From contig OY762428.1 in the NCBI GenBank assembly GCA_963665665.1, positions 608,001-672,000 on the forward strand: a DNA stretch of 64,000 nucleotides, given 5' to 3'. Origin of the DNA: Candidatus Kapaibacterium sp. Its GTDB lineage: Bacteria; Bacteroidota; Ignavibacteria; Kapaibacteriales; UBA2268. This document shows positions 50,025 through 60,803 of the stretch, in pieces (within the stretch, counting starts at the first letter, position 1; each line of letters opens with the position of its first letter). Below the pieces are notes generated by a model. That model worked only from the letters and a program-made list of their open reading frames with translations, made no database searches and was not told where the DNA came from. Position numbers and translations under genes: made by a program.

Positions 50025-51302
50025 ATGAAAAAATTCATTTTATTAAGCACGTTCTTATCATTCTTATTTTCTGCCGGGGCGTTTGCCGGGGAGCAGGATA
50101 CCTTATGGACGAAAGCATTGTCCGGAGCAACAAATGTGTTCTTCACGCCTGATGACCAATCAATAATTACGAATCGGATTAACCAGATTGTTGAATTAGA
50201 TGTAAGTACTGGGGAAGTTCTAAGGGAATCAAAAAAAATCAGGTCTTCTTTTGTTGAATTTGAACTATCATACTCAGGCAACTATATTTTTATACTTCAC
50301 TATAATCAGGACTATGTATCACTTGTTAATTATAATGATTTTTCAATTAAACAGGCAATTAACCTCAAAGATTCGAACTGGTTGCCACATTCGATAGCCA
50401 TTTCAGCTGATGACAACAATTTAGCAATTGGTGTTCATGATTTAGTGAAGAAAGTTAATTATATTCTGGTTTATGATTCTGAAACGGGTAAATTGATAAA
50501 ACGTTTGGAATCTTCGCAGGTAACCCGATATCTAAAATATTCCCCTGATGGAAAATACCTTGCTGCAATATCTGCTGCTTATGATTTTCAGGATTATCCG
50601 GATGATCCTAAATACTATTTGCATTTATACGATGCAAAAACTTATGAATTTCTAAGAACATTGGATTATACTAAATCGCATACAGAAAAAATTAATTGTG
50701 TAAATTTCAGTAGGGATAGCAAATATCTAATGGAGAGCTGTGGATTGAAGAAATCTCAAGTTTGGGATTTAATAACATTTGAAATAACACAGGAGTATCC
50801 TTTCGAAAATAATACTTTTGGAATCAAAATTACAAATAATAAAAAATTTAGTTTGTTAACATCTCTTGATATTGGGCAACTATATCTTTATACGTATAAT
50901 AATATTGAAGAGAAAATTGTGTATAAGTATCCTGATAGGATAGCAAGATTTAATTTAAGTAATCAAGAAGATTATATTATAGCTAATATGGGTGGATATT
51001 TAATGCTGCTCGTACCATATTGGGAAATGAATAGTATATTTGATGATAAGCAAGAAATTCTATTGGATATTAGTTATAAGAATCAACTTTTAGCTATAAA
51101 ATTTGAATCAAGTACCTCAGAAAATAATGAAATAACTATCTTCGATAATTCCGGAGTAAAGATAAAAACATTATACTCTGGTTTTTCACGAGAAGGCTTG
51201 AATATGATTGAAGAACAATTAAAACTTGCTTCGGGTATCTATCATTTGCAAATGAAGATAGGAGAAAAGGAAATATTCGAAAAATTTATCGTGGTTAACT
51301 AA
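50025..51302 (+). CDS. WD40-like beta-propeller protein with T9SS-like C-terminal domain
   Basis: Signal peptide; FTPDD, YSPDGKYLA, FSRDSKYL; LASGIYHL..KFIVV. Confidence 0.78.
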   Translation: MKKFILLSTFLSFLFSAGAFAGEQDTLWTKALSGATNVFFTPDDQSIITNRINQIVELDVSTGEVLRESKKIRSSFVEFELSYSGNYIFILHYNQDYVSLVNYNDFSIKQAINLKDSNWLPHSIAISADDNNLAIGVHDLVKKVNYILVYDSETGKLIKRLESSQVTRYLKYSPDGKYLAAISAAYDFQDYPDDPKYYLHLYDAKTYEFLRTLDYTKSHTEKINCVNFSRDSKYLMESCGLKKSQVWDLITFEITQEYPFENNTFGIKITNNKKFSLLTSLDIGQLYLYTYNNIEEKIVYKYPDRIARFNLSNQEDYIIANMGGYLMLLVPYWEMNSIFDDKQEILLDISYKNQLLAIKFESSTSENNEITIFDNSGVKIKTLYSGFSREGLNMIEEQLKLASGIYHLQMKIGEKEIFEKFIVVN

Positions 51303-51905
51303 CCCCGCCTTCGCTTTCAGCGCTGACAGGTTCAGGATTGAAAGCGGCGGCTGTCCCTCAACTCAACCATCATCAAAATTCAATAGCCAGATGCTCTATC
51401 TCGTGGATAAAGATATCTTGAGGCTAAGAAAAAGAATCCACCCCCATCTGCTTGCGCAGACACCCCCATCCCGAAAGCGGCGTAGCCGCGACATTTTTGT
51501 AGAAAGGCGAATTCGGAAAGGACAACAGCCCCGTAGGGGCGACATTGGCAAAAGATTGTGTCGCTCCTACGGAGCTTTGAATAATCGTTATGTAAACATT
51601 ATCTACAAAAATCCCGCTCCTACGGAGCTTTTTTTATATGATTTCGATGCTCTTGCGACGGAAGAATCCATCTTTGTTTGCAGATAATGTATGAAGAATG
51701 GATTCTTCGCTCCGCTCAGTATGACAATCCGCCCAGAGCATCGCAAAATTCAATAGCCACGTGCTTTAGCTCGTGGATAAGGGTGCAAGGTGCGGAGGCA
51801 AAGAAAAAGAATCCACCCCGCCCTTTGGGCACCCCAGCCAGCAGGGAAGTTTTATAAAATCAGCCATCCAGAAAGCGGTGTAGCCGCGACATTTTTGTAG
51901 TACGG
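51303..51905. repeat. REP-like palindrome mosaic including AGCCCCGTAGGGGCGAC / GTCGCTCCTACGGAGCT pairs
   Basis: Multiple short hairpins; 51745-51850 is an inverted copy of 45630-45720. Confidence 0.75.
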
Positions 51906-52234
51906 GAAACCTTTGATTCTAACATTTTGTCATCAGAATTTGCTTGACTATAAACTAACATATCTATATCAGGTTCATAAGTATTATTATTATTCGTATC
52001 TTTGTAAATACTAATAAATGGTTGACTTTCAAAAAATGCTACCAAATCAATTGCAATTTCGGCAGATATACATTTTTTATTCAAGTCAAAAGTTTTAGGA
52101 TGAAAGATATTTTGAAAAATTGATTATATTGGGGTGGGTGAAAATTGCCTGGAAAAACGGGTCAATTTTTAATGGGAATTAACAAACCAGAATAAGAATA
52201 ATCTTTATTCTGCATTCTTCACATCACTCCATTT

Positions 52235-53347
52235 TTAATATGAAATATTCAATATTTTCATTTTAAGTGTGTTAAATTTATTAACCCACTCATCATATGA
52301 TAAAATACCGCTTTCAGACCAAACCCGGTTAACATCATGGACATTTCCATCAATAATTGGCAAAGCATTTAAAGAACAACTTTGGCAGGGGAATATTTCA
52401 AAATAATCGTATTCACAGTCAAATTTTTGATTTCCAAATTGCATAAAAACAATAATATCTTGTCCCTCCTTTAAATAAAATAATCCATCACTTCTCAAGA
52501 AATTCGTATCAGGATATTGGTACATAGATCCTTCGGAACTCCATAAACTTGAATAAAGAAATGAACTTGAAGTGAAATTCATATATCCTACTGAATTACT
52601 GATTATTTTTTTTAAATTTGGAAATATTGTGTTTTCAGGTAATAATTTTACGACTTGACCTTTAAAAATTGTATCAATTCTAGCTAAAATATTATATCTA
52701 TAATCTGGAGTACTTTCATCAAATGGAGAATATTTATTTCGCATACTGTCAATATCGGTAATATGTACTTTCAAAATATAATCAGCATGAAGAAGTGAAA
52801 ACAATGCATTATTATCAGATGAAACTAATTCTCTGAATTTTTCGCATAAATTATAACGAAGTTTTAATAAACTATTTTTGTATACACCGTACGATTTTTG
52901 TCCGCTATCATATCTATCGTAACTTGAGTCCCTAATTGAATAATCAATTTCTCTATGCAGATCAACCTCACCAATATACTGATTGAAAATAATCGGATTA
53001 TAATCATTCATCATGTATAAAAATTTACAAGTATATTTCATTGTATCATTCAATGAATTCCATGAATCAAGCATGATATCTGTTTCGTGTTCAGTTCCAA
53101 ATCTTAATAAGCTATCAAGATAAATGTAACTTAACATGATTTCATAGGGCATGCCAGTTGAAAGTGGAGGAATACTCCTTATTATTGGAAATTGTGATTG
53201 ATACATTGAATTAGATTCATTAAACCATAGTTTAGTTTTTTCGAATATAGGTTGATTTAAGTATCGTGAGCCTGATTCATTCTGCGCCCAGACTCCTGCG
53301 CTAATTAAGAATGATAAAATTGCTGTCAAAAAAATTAGTTTTTTCAT
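52235..53347 (-). CDS. Secreted hypothetical protein
   Basis: 370-aa ORF with signal MKKLIFLTAILSFLISAGVWA, low GC. Confidence 0.7.
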   Translation of the reverse strand: MKKLIFLTAILSFLISAGVWAQNESGSRYLNQPIFEKTKLWFNESNSMYQSQFPIIRSIPPLSTGMPYEIMLSYIYLDSLLRFGTEHETDIMLDSWNSLNDTMKYTCKFLYMMNDYNPIIFNQYIGEVDLHREIDYSIRDSSYDRYDSGQKSYGVYKNSLLKLRYNLCEKFRELVSSDNNALFSLLHADYILKVHITDIDSMRNKYSPFDESTPDYRYNILARIDTIFKGQVVKLLPENTIFPNLKKIISNSVGYMNFTSSSFLYSSLWSSEGSMYQYPDTNFLRSDGLFYLKEGQDIIVFMQFGNQKFDCEYDYFEIFPCQSCSLNALPIIDGNVHDVNRVWSESGILSYDEWVNKFNTLKMKILNISY

Positions 53348-53412
53348 AGCAAAACCTTTTAATTGTTTTAAGAATAGGGAGTATATCATAAATCAATGTA
53401 TCAGCATATATA

Positions 53413-54852
53413 TCAATCACACACATCACAGCTATTGCAATTCTCTTCACCGCTGATGCCAAAATATTCAGATATATACTGTTTCCGGCATTTTCCTGTC
53501 TTGAAATACCTGACAATTTCCAAAAGCCTCATCAGGTCGGATTTTAATTTGGTTTGTGTAAAATCATCATCGAAAAGTAATTCGGGCATATCCCCGGTGA
53601 GCCTTAAATTTCCCTTCGACAGGCTGCCCTCAGATGCTCCATAGCGGTCAAGCATTGCCATTGCTGTTTCAAGGCGGAAATCATTCCTGTTTTTGAAAAC
53701 CAGTTCCTCGCGAAGGAATTCCATTCCAAGAGTATTGATTTTATCCGCATTTGCTTCCAGGATAGCATACAGCCTTCTGTAAAACTTGCTGTCGGGATTT
53801 GACCATTTAATAAAATCCGTTTGAATGTCAACATCGGAGTCGCTGAAGAGCAGTTTGCAAAGTGACGGATCGCCGTCACGTCCTGCACGGCCAATCTCCT
53901 GGTAATATGATTCGATGGAAGACGGCAGTTCGGCATGTATAACGAACCGGATATCTGCTTTATCGATTCCCATACCAAACGCGTTCGTTGCCAGAACCAA
54001 AGATTCTTCGGAGGAAATAAAAATATTTTGTGCGGTCTTTCTTTCAGCCGCTGATAATTTACCATGATAAACCAAATGAGGTATGTTATTCTTACTAAGG
54101 TAAGCTGAGAACTGATCAAGTGTTTTGATCAGTGAGAAATAAATTATTCCCGAACCCCTGAATTTCTGAAGAACAGAAAGAATCTCTTTCATTTTGTCCT
54201 TTTCATCATAAACATCCACAGCTTCAAGGCGAAGGTTAGGCCTTTCGATACCGCTGTTGAATTGAAGTATTTCATCAGGTTCAAGCCCCAGGTTCTTTAT
54301 TATATCCTCTCTTACCGATGGTGTAGCTGTTGCGGTTAAGGCTATTGTCAGAGGGTTGCCGATCAATTCCCGGAATTCAGCTATCCTGGAATAATCAGGC
54401 CTGAAATCATGTCCCCACTGGCTAATGCAATGGGCTTCATCCACCGCGAGAAGAGAAATATTCGATTTTTTAATTCCCTCAACAAATTCTTTTTTCCTGA
54501 ATCTTTCAGGCGTAACGTACAAAAGTTTGATCTTTCCTTTGATGAAAAGCTCAAGTCTTTTTTGTTTATTTTTTTTTGACACAGTGGAATTTATAAATTC
54601 AGCCGGAATGCCTTTTTCTTTTAGTTTATTTACCTGATCCTGCATCAGGGCAATAAGCGGGCTGATAACCAAAGTGCCGCCTTCAAATAGCATTGCCGGC
54701 AATTGATAGCAAAGCGACTTTCCGCCGCCTGTCGGCATTGTAACAAGGCAGTTCTTATTTTCCACAACTAATGAATTAATAATATCTTCCTGTAATGGAA
54801 GGAATTTACTTAATCCGAACTCTTTATTTAGAACCTGTATTATATTTTTCAA
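53413..54852 (-). CDS. recQ: RecQ-family ATP-dependent DNA helicase (short form, no HRDC)
   Basis: MPTGGGKSLCYQ, VDEAHCISQWGHDFRP, ALTATAT, YYQEIGRAGRDG, terminal Cys zinc motif. Confidence 0.92.
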   Translation of the reverse strand: MKNIIQVLNKEFGLSKFLPLQEDIINSLVVENKNCLVTMPTGGGKSLCYQLPAMLFEGGTLVISPLIALMQDQVNKLKEKGIPAEFINSTVSKKNKQKRLELFIKGKIKLLYVTPERFRKKEFVEGIKKSNISLLAVDEAHCISQWGHDFRPDYSRIAEFRELIGNPLTIALTATATPSVREDIIKNLGLEPDEILQFNSGIERPNLRLEAVDVYDEKDKMKEILSVLQKFRGSGIIYFSLIKTLDQFSAYLSKNNIPHLVYHGKLSAAERKTAQNIFISSEESLVLATNAFGMGIDKADIRFVIHAELPSSIESYYQEIGRAGRDGDPSLCKLLFSDSDVDIQTDFIKWSNPDSKFYRRLYAILEANADKINTLGMEFLREELVFKNRNDFRLETAMAMLDRYGASEGSLSKGNLRLTGDMPELLFDDDFTQTKLKSDLMRLLEIVRYFKTGKCRKQYISEYFGISGEENCNSCDVCD

Positions 54853-55256
54853 TTGTTATCCTGTTTATTGATTCTCGAATTTGATAAAATTAGTTTGTCA
54901 ATCACATTTCTTTCAATGAGTAAACCGGAGCAGGCTCCGGCCGTGTATGCTACAATGTCTAACGGGTCGAATGTTGAGCCAAGAAAATCATAACCGAAAT
55001 ATTGCATTACTTCAACAAAATAAGCCGGAACCACGATTATGAAAACCCTGAAAGTTTGATTCAGCCTGTCTGCAAGAGACAGGTATGTAAGCAGGTAAAA
55101 AGCAAATGGGATCATGATATCCATCAGGTATCCAAGAACAATATCTTTTAATGGCCCATGATATGTTCTCGGATTAATTACAAGATGCAGGGATGCAACC
55201 AGGATATTGATCAAAACTACTATGATTCTTACAGCTATATCGGCCTTGATTTTCAT
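54849..55256 (-). CDS. Membrane protein, DUF2809-like
   Basis: 4 TM segments, VEVMQY..LGSTFDPLDIVAY. Confidence 0.65.
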   Translation of the reverse strand: MKIKADIAVRIIVVLINILVASLHLVINPRTYHGPLKDIVLGYLMDIMIPFAFYLLTYLSLADRLNQTFRVFIIVVPAYFVEVMQYFGYDFLGSTFDPLDIVAYTAGACSGLLIERNVIDKLILSNSRINKQDNN

Positions 55257-55265
55257 GAAATACCA

Positions 55266-55925
55266 TTAATCTAAGTATTGCGCGTAGTGACAACAAAACT
55301 CGATATCATTTTTTAGTATTTTAATATTTTTCATGTTTTTATCCTGAATTTCCTTTTGAGTTATATCATAAATCTCATCTATACTTTTTTCTTTGAAAAT
55401 TTTAACGGAAACAATTTTCAGGTCATACAGAATTTTGGCAAAAGCTGCTCCGATTCCGTTTATTCTTGCTATGTCGCAATAAGAAGCAAGCTGGTCGAAA
55501 TCATTATACTGTTCTTTTAGAGTATCAATGGATTTGATGTTGTCCCGGTTGTGAACAAATAAGAAAAAGTCTTTGGTGTTTTTTATATTCAAATCTATTA
55601 AATCTGATATAAGGCTGCTGCTTATATCAATAAATTTATCAAGATTAATTGGTTTGCTTATATATGACTTTGCTTCCCTAAGCAGGAGAACTATATAATC
55701 CGGAGAAATACCTGATCTGTTTGCAATCTCTTCCTGCTTTTTCTTACTGTTCAAACATTTCATTAATTCTTCCATGTTCAGGTAAGAATTTTCTGAAAAC
55801 CAGGAGAAATTTTTATCAATATTATCCAATAATACTGTTCTCGATGGTAAAAGTCGCTTTGTTGTCAGGATAGTTTTGAAAGTATCAAGAGAAATCTTTT
55901 CTAAGTCAACACTGTAATTTTTCAA
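55266..55925 (-). CDS. DUF4332-like helix-hairpin-helix protein
   Basis: CDIARINGIGAAFAKIL HhH motif; LLPSR N-terminal motif. Confidence 0.65.
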   Translation of the reverse strand: MKNYSVDLEKISLDTFKTILTTKRLLPSRTVLLDNIDKNFSWFSENSYLNMEELMKCLNSKKKQEEIANRSGISPDYIVLLLREAKSYISKPINLDKFIDISSSLISDLIDLNIKNTKDFFLFVHNRDNIKSIDTLKEQYNDFDQLASYCDIARINGIGAAFAKILYDLKIVSVKIFKEKSIDEIYDITQKEIQDKNMKNIKILKNDIEFCCHYAQYLD

Positions 55926-56146
55926 TTCAACCTGTCCTTGTATTTTTGGAAAATTTCTTTGTCTCGTTTATATTTTTTTCGTACAAGTATCAGGAATTTA
56001 ATATTCATCACCATCGAGAGCCCGAAAAATAATCCGGCTAATAAAGATAGAATTGCAGTTTCATGACCGAAAAACAGCAATAAAATTCCACCGAATAGTG
56101 AGATTTGGCCTGTTGCCAATATTTGAAATGCCGTTAATCTTTTCAT
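55922..56146 (-). CDS. Small two-TM membrane protein
   Basis: 74 aa, overlaps the start of the next gene. Confidence 0.55.
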   Translation of the reverse strand: MKRLTAFQILATGQISLFGGILLLFFGHETAILSLLAGLFFGLSMVMNIKFLILVRKKYKRDKEIFQKYKDRLN

Positions 56147-56222
56147 TTTTTTCTTTACAATATTATATAATTCAAAGTTTTATACATTAATATATACGAT
56201 CCAAACAGGTGGTTGTTATCAG

Positions 56223-57293
56223 CTATTCATCATCAGTCAGTTCGCCAATACAATTTTTCTGCATCAATTTCTTTACTTCCTTCATATTCAGCTTTTCTTT
56301 CGATATAAGATAATATAGCTTGGCAAGGGCTGCTTCAACAGTCATGTCATGTCCGGAAATTACACCTGCCGATTTAAGGGATGTGGCATATTCATCAAGT
56401 ATCACTTCGCCTCGCAGGCATTGTGTAACGGCTACGATTACGGTATCATCATTTTTTGTAGCTTCACTCAGAACTTTGAAAAATTCAGGATTTTTCTCTT
56501 TTGTAGGGCCATTACCAACTCCGTAAGCCTCAATAACAAGTCCCTTTAGTTTTGGTTGTAAAATATGATAAACAAAATCAGCGGAAATACCCGGAAATAA
56601 TCTTAATACTCCAACTTCATAATCCCTTTCGTCTTCGTCCTGCTCAAAATAATAAACAGGGGCCTGTTTTTTTAATTTATCATTAATAAGATCTTCACGT
56701 AGATCGATATTGAAGGAGCGTTTCTTTCTCAGGCCAATATTTACTCCCACTTCTGCCAGTACAGGATAATTCGGGGAATCAAATGCTCCGAACCTGGTTG
56801 CATCTATCTTTGTTGAGCGGCATCCCCTGAAAAGTTTATTATTAAAATAAACAGATACTTCGGGAATATCATAGTTCCCGCAAATTATCAATGAAGTAAG
56901 AAGGTTATCTCTTGCGTCATTCCTGACCTGGCTGTAAGGAATCTGGGAGCCGGTAAGGATAATGCTGTTATTTAGCCCCTGAAGCATGAATCCAAGTACT
57001 GATGCAGTGTATGCCATTGTGTCGGTTCCGTGAAGGACAATCATACCCTGATAATTATTTTTATTTTTATCAATAACTTTCGCGATTTTATTCCAGTCGG
57101 CAGGAGTCATATTCGATGAATCAAGCAGTGGTGACATAGAAATTATGTCAAATGGCGGGATTTGTTCATCTTTGATTTGTCCAAGGTCTTTAATTATTTT
57201 TTTTGGGAAATCCGGATCCGGAATGAAACCTTTTTCAGATGGTATCATACCAATTGTTCCGCCCGTGTATATTATCAGTACTTTGCTATTCAT
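56223..57293 (-). CDS. ansA: L-asparaginase type I
   Basis: IYTGGTIGM, LLDSSNM, LHGTDTMAY, LTGSQIP, DMTVEAALAKL. Confidence 0.93.
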   Translation of the reverse strand: MNSKVLIIYTGGTIGMIPSEKGFIPDPDFPKKIIKDLGQIKDEQIPPFDIISMSPLLDSSNMTPADWNKIAKVIDKNKNNYQGMIVLHGTDTMAYTASVLGFMLQGLNNSIILTGSQIPYSQVRNDARDNLLTSLIICGNYDIPEVSVYFNNKLFRGCRSTKIDATRFGAFDSPNYPVLAEVGVNIGLRKKRSFNIDLREDLINDKLKKQAPVYYFEQDEDERDYEVGVLRLFPGISADFVYHILQPKLKGLVIEAYGVGNGPTKEKNPEFFKVLSEATKNDDTVIVAVTQCLRGEVILDEYATSLKSAGVISGHDMTVEAALAKLYYLISKEKLNMKEVKKLMQKNCIGELTDDE

Positions 57294-57464
57294 ATCCTGT
57301 CAGTCCGTTTAAATATCTGCCGAAAAATTCAATTTTAATACGAATGCAATTTCGGAAAAATTATCTCTATAGCCAAAATTACTCAAGCCTGATATAGAAA
57401 TAATGATCAATTATCCATACTCCACGTATTTTTTAAGAAGCTGTTTTTTATTATTCCAACTCAG

Positions 57465-57560
57465 TCCCCGACCACACCCAACCCTCGTAAGGGGCCGTGC
57501 CTCCCCGAAGGGGAGGGCTTTGAAGTAAGCCCCTCCTTCGGAGGGGTTTGGGGAGGTCAG
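57465..57560. repeat. REP-like palindromes
   Basis: CCTCCCC-GAA-GGGGAGG and CCCTCC-TTC-GGAGGG, shared with 17945, 18107 and 46820. Confidence 0.7.
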
Positions 57561-57820
57561 GCAAGACAATATTTTATAGTTCAAATATATTAGTGTGTAA
57601 ATAATTATTATAATAAACAACATAATAAATTACGACATTGCCCTTATAAATCGTTGATTTTTTGTTCCGGGGTAAGGAGTTCTAAATGTACATACTTTAT
57701 TTGAGCCACTGATTCATAACTCATAAGAAGTCCGTGCTTAATTAAAATTCTTAAAGTAATAAAATGCTCCCAACATTCTTTTTCAGGAAGGCCAGAATAT
57801 TAATATTTTTTCTTCCAGAA

Positions 57821-59347
57821 TTAATAGATTACAGATGCCACAGTTTTTTCCTGAACATCCTTCCTTTTTTTGCCAAATATAATATAATTCCCTTCCTGGA
57901 GTAGCAGGGGCCTTGTTTGTTTCAGTTCCCTTACAAGTTCATCGCCAATGATATTGAATTGCCTGTAGAAATATACAACCGGAATATCCGGGAAATTGTC
58001 GGCATCCCTTACAGCTTTATAGCTTAACCTGCCTGCCGGCATTTCCGCCCTGATCACATTTAAAGGATCAATCTCCAAACCCAGCTTTATCATATACCAG
58101 TCAAGCTGGGCATTCATATTTCCTGAATCGGAACCCTCGTTGTAAAGGTAGTAATAGTAATCCGCGTCCATCTCGGAAATTGATTTGGCCACTGCAAGAG
58201 CTCCGGTATATTCTGCACTTTCGGCAGAATAATTATTCCATCCCAGCCTTGCCATTAATATTACACTCAAAATCAAAACCGAATTAGTTAGAAAATTAGG
58301 TGAAAAGTTTATTTCTTTTTTGATTAATAATGGAGTTGCCGGTATTAAGATTATCAAAAGCAGGGTAATTATTCCCCCGACAGAAAATATTCCGTTAAAT
58401 ATCAGCAGCAAAAAACCCTGCATCAATGTAGGGAAAACGGATAAGGGCAGTGTAAGAAAAGCGAGTAATACGGCGCTTATTCTTTTGTTAGTATTCTGCG
58501 ATGATTCCAGAACTTCAATAAACATGAATACGGAATATATGCCCGGTATAATCATCAAAAGAAGAAGGTCGGGAATTATTATAGATACAACAGAAAGAAC
58601 AATATATATTAATATCGTCAAATCAATAGATAAGAATTTTGCTCTGCCATCTCCGAAATTTCCAACAAATTTATTTCTGAAATCACGTCCAAACAGACTA
58701 ATAATAAAAGGAATAATAAGAATCATAACAGGTGCAGATATTATCAGCATTACCGGGTAATAAAAAAGGGCTGAAAGAGGATAAAATTCCTCTCTGAATT
58801 CCACAAATGAAAATTGCATTCCAAATAAAATAATGAACAATAATGCAACAGAAAATCTTAATATTTTGTTTCGATTAGAATCAAAAAAAGCGAAATATAT
58901 TGCCCCGGTAAGGAAAAACAGCAAAGGCATACTTTCATCTGCTGACCGGGCAATACTGTTGAAAGACAGAGACACTGCAATAAGAACGGCAGCACCAAGA
59001 GCATTTTCCCAGTTAAGAAATCGTTTACCAATTAAATAAAATAAGAAAACAGTGATTGATCCCATCAGTGCATTTACGAATCGCATGGAAAATGTATCAT
59101 CAGATATTGCAAGCGGCAATGCCCTAAGATATTGTGCCGGGTTTGTACTTTCTATCAATCCGGCAAAATTCTCAAAGAATCCGCCTTTAACAATCGCCGA
59201 AGAAGCCAGTGCATTTTCAGCTTCCTCCGGTTGTACTTCCGCGCCGCCAAGCCTGATAAAAAAAAGTAATGCACATATCAGCAATATTATTAGATTTTCC
59301 TGTTTCAATTTATTCAATGCCTTATTCATATTAATCCTTCCTGTCAT
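57821..59347 (-). CDS. ArnT/PMT-like polytopic glycosyltransferase (GT-C fold)
   Basis: FIRLG..QPEE, FSMRFVNALMG, many TM helices. Confidence 0.7.
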   Translation of the reverse strand: MTGRINMNKALNKLKQENLIILLICALLFFIRLGGAEVQPEEAENALASSAIVKGGFFENFAGLIESTNPAQYLRALPLAISDDTFSMRFVNALMGSITVFLFYLIGKRFLNWENALGAAVLIAVSLSFNSIARSADESMPLLFFLTGAIYFAFFDSNRNKILRFSVALLFIILFGMQFSFVEFREEFYPLSALFYYPVMLIISAPVMILIIPFIISLFGRDFRNKFVGNFGDGRAKFLSIDLTILIYIVLSVVSIIIPDLLLLMIIPGIYSVFMFIEVLESSQNTNKRISAVLLAFLTLPLSVFPTLMQGFLLLIFNGIFSVGGIITLLLIILIPATPLLIKKEINFSPNFLTNSVLILSVILMARLGWNNYSAESAEYTGALAVAKSISEMDADYYYYLYNEGSDSGNMNAQLDWYMIKLGLEIDPLNVIRAEMPAGRLSYKAVRDADNFPDIPVVYFYRQFNIIGDELVRELKQTRPLLLQEGNYIIFGKKRKDVQEKTVASVIY

Positions 59348-60233
59348 ATACCGCTATTAAATGTTCCTTTTTGTTTATTACTTTACTCGCCAGCGCATCC
59401 CATGCTTTCCATATTGAGAAAGGAGCCCAGGCGGATAGCCTGTACATTCTGAGCATAAGTAAAGCCTTATTTCCAAACGATTTTATTATTATTTTTGCAT
59501 TGCTACCATCTATCAGTTTCTCCATCCGGGATTCGTCAAAAGAATGTAAATGAGCGTTTCTTGGCGTTGGTTTGTTACAATGAACGCAAAGCGAGTAAAT
59601 AATCTTTTCTTTATAAGGAGTGCTTATAATCAGGCGTCCGCCCGGCTTTAATAAATTGAACAGCGAGAGCGCAAATTTTTCCGGATCAACCGTGTGTTCA
59701 ATTATTTCAGCAGCAATAATAATATCAAACGATTTTCCGGGGAAAGGAGGATTCAATGCATCGCCTGCAACTGCGTAATGATTATCATTCTTAACAATTT
59801 CAAGAGCTTTTGAGGTATTCACCGGTGATATATCAAACGATACAACCTTGTGCCCCTTGGGAATAAAAGATTTTGCAGCCCATGCGCTTCCGCATCCAAC
59901 ATCGAGAATTAGTTTTTTACCGTCTGGCACATAAGACTGAATATATTGCCTTAGCCTTCGTTCGTCGTCGGCTGTTGCCGGACAGTCCCTTTCTTCGAAA
60001 TAATCAAATTCCTCAGCATCTGTGATATAATGATCTATATAATCCATGTCCGTACCCGTCTTATCAGGCAATAAAACCGGAACATTTTCAAAATATTCGT
60101 ATGCTTTATTGCAAGAATTACAACTGATTAAGTTATCCCCGAATTTCAACTCAGACTTGCATTTCGGACATATTAGATTTATTTCAGTCTCAATTTTATT
60201 CATTTTCCAGCTTTCCAATTTTTCATTAACCAA
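59331..60233 (-). CDS. SAM-dependent methyltransferase with N-terminal Trm112-like zinc ribbon
   Basis: LICPKCK..CNSC..Y..VPVL; LDVGCGS; AEIIEH; LKPGG. Confidence 0.85.
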   Translation of the reverse strand: MVNEKLESWKMNKIETEINLICPKCKSELKFGDNLISCNSCNKAYEYFENVPVLLPDKTGTDMDYIDHYITDAEEFDYFEERDCPATADDERRLRQYIQSYVPDGKKLILDVGCGSAWAAKSFIPKGHKVVSFDISPVNTSKALEIVKNDNHYAVAGDALNPPFPGKSFDIIIAAEIIEHTVDPEKFALSLFNLLKPGGRLIISTPYKEKIIYSLCVHCNKPTPRNAHLHSFDESRMEKLIDGSNAKIIIKSFGNKALLMLRMYRLSAWAPFSIWKAWDALASKVINKKEHLIAVYDRKD

Positions 60234-60364
60234 AAATAAGGCTTTTTAACCAAAACTTCACCAGTATGGTTGTAGTAATTTGAAAAGATATAACTTATTT
60301 ATTGCCTGTTTTATCTTTTTTTCATACATTTCATTTTTTAGTATGTCATATCAGGGGTAAGAAT

Positions 60365-60802
60365 ATGGTCAGGTCAGCAGTAATATTAGTCTTTCTTCTT
60401 GCAGTGTTCAGTGCTTGCAAAACCGTGGAGGAAAAAGACAAAAATATCCAGAAGGGGCCGGAGTATACCGAAACCGGCAGCGGATTGAAATATCTTGAAC
60501 TGAAAGAAGGTATTGGAGAGAAACCACGGTACGGCCAAACTGTATTCATAAAAATTGTCGGGAAGCTTGAAGACGGAAAAGAATTTGAAAATTCTTATAA
60601 TACAGATGACCTGATTGAATTTGTTTACGGTGAAGGAATTCCGATAAGGGGTGTTGAAGAAGGTGTTGCTACGATGAAACCCGGAGGAAAAAGACGCCTG
60701 GTAATACCTCCCGACCTTGCCTATGGCAGGCGCGGTGTTGGCGAGAAAATACCTCCGAACGCCACATTAATAATTGATGTTGAATTAGTGAAAGTACAGT
60801 GA
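60365..60802 (+). CDS. FKBP-type PPIase lipoprotein
   Basis: Lipobox FSAC; TGSGLKY; MKPGGKRRLVIPPDLAYG; IPPNATL. Confidence 0.9.
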   Translation: MVRSAVILVFLLAVFSACKTVEEKDKNIQKGPEYTETGSGLKYLELKEGIGEKPRYGQTVFIKIVGKLEDGKEFENSYNTDDLIEFVYGEGIPIRGVEEGVATMKPGGKRRLVIPPDLAYGRRGVGEKIPPNATLIIDVELVKVQ

Positions 60803-60803
60803 A

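Noticed and set aside
51391-52084. Small ORFs at 51391 and 51860
   Set aside because: The first is made of REP sequence; the second lacks a credible start and runs into a repeat, so at most a fragment
57612-57640. dif-like site (GTCGTAA-TTTA-TTATGTT on the minus strand)
   Set aside because: Central spacer is 4 bp rather than 6 and the XerD arm is incomplete
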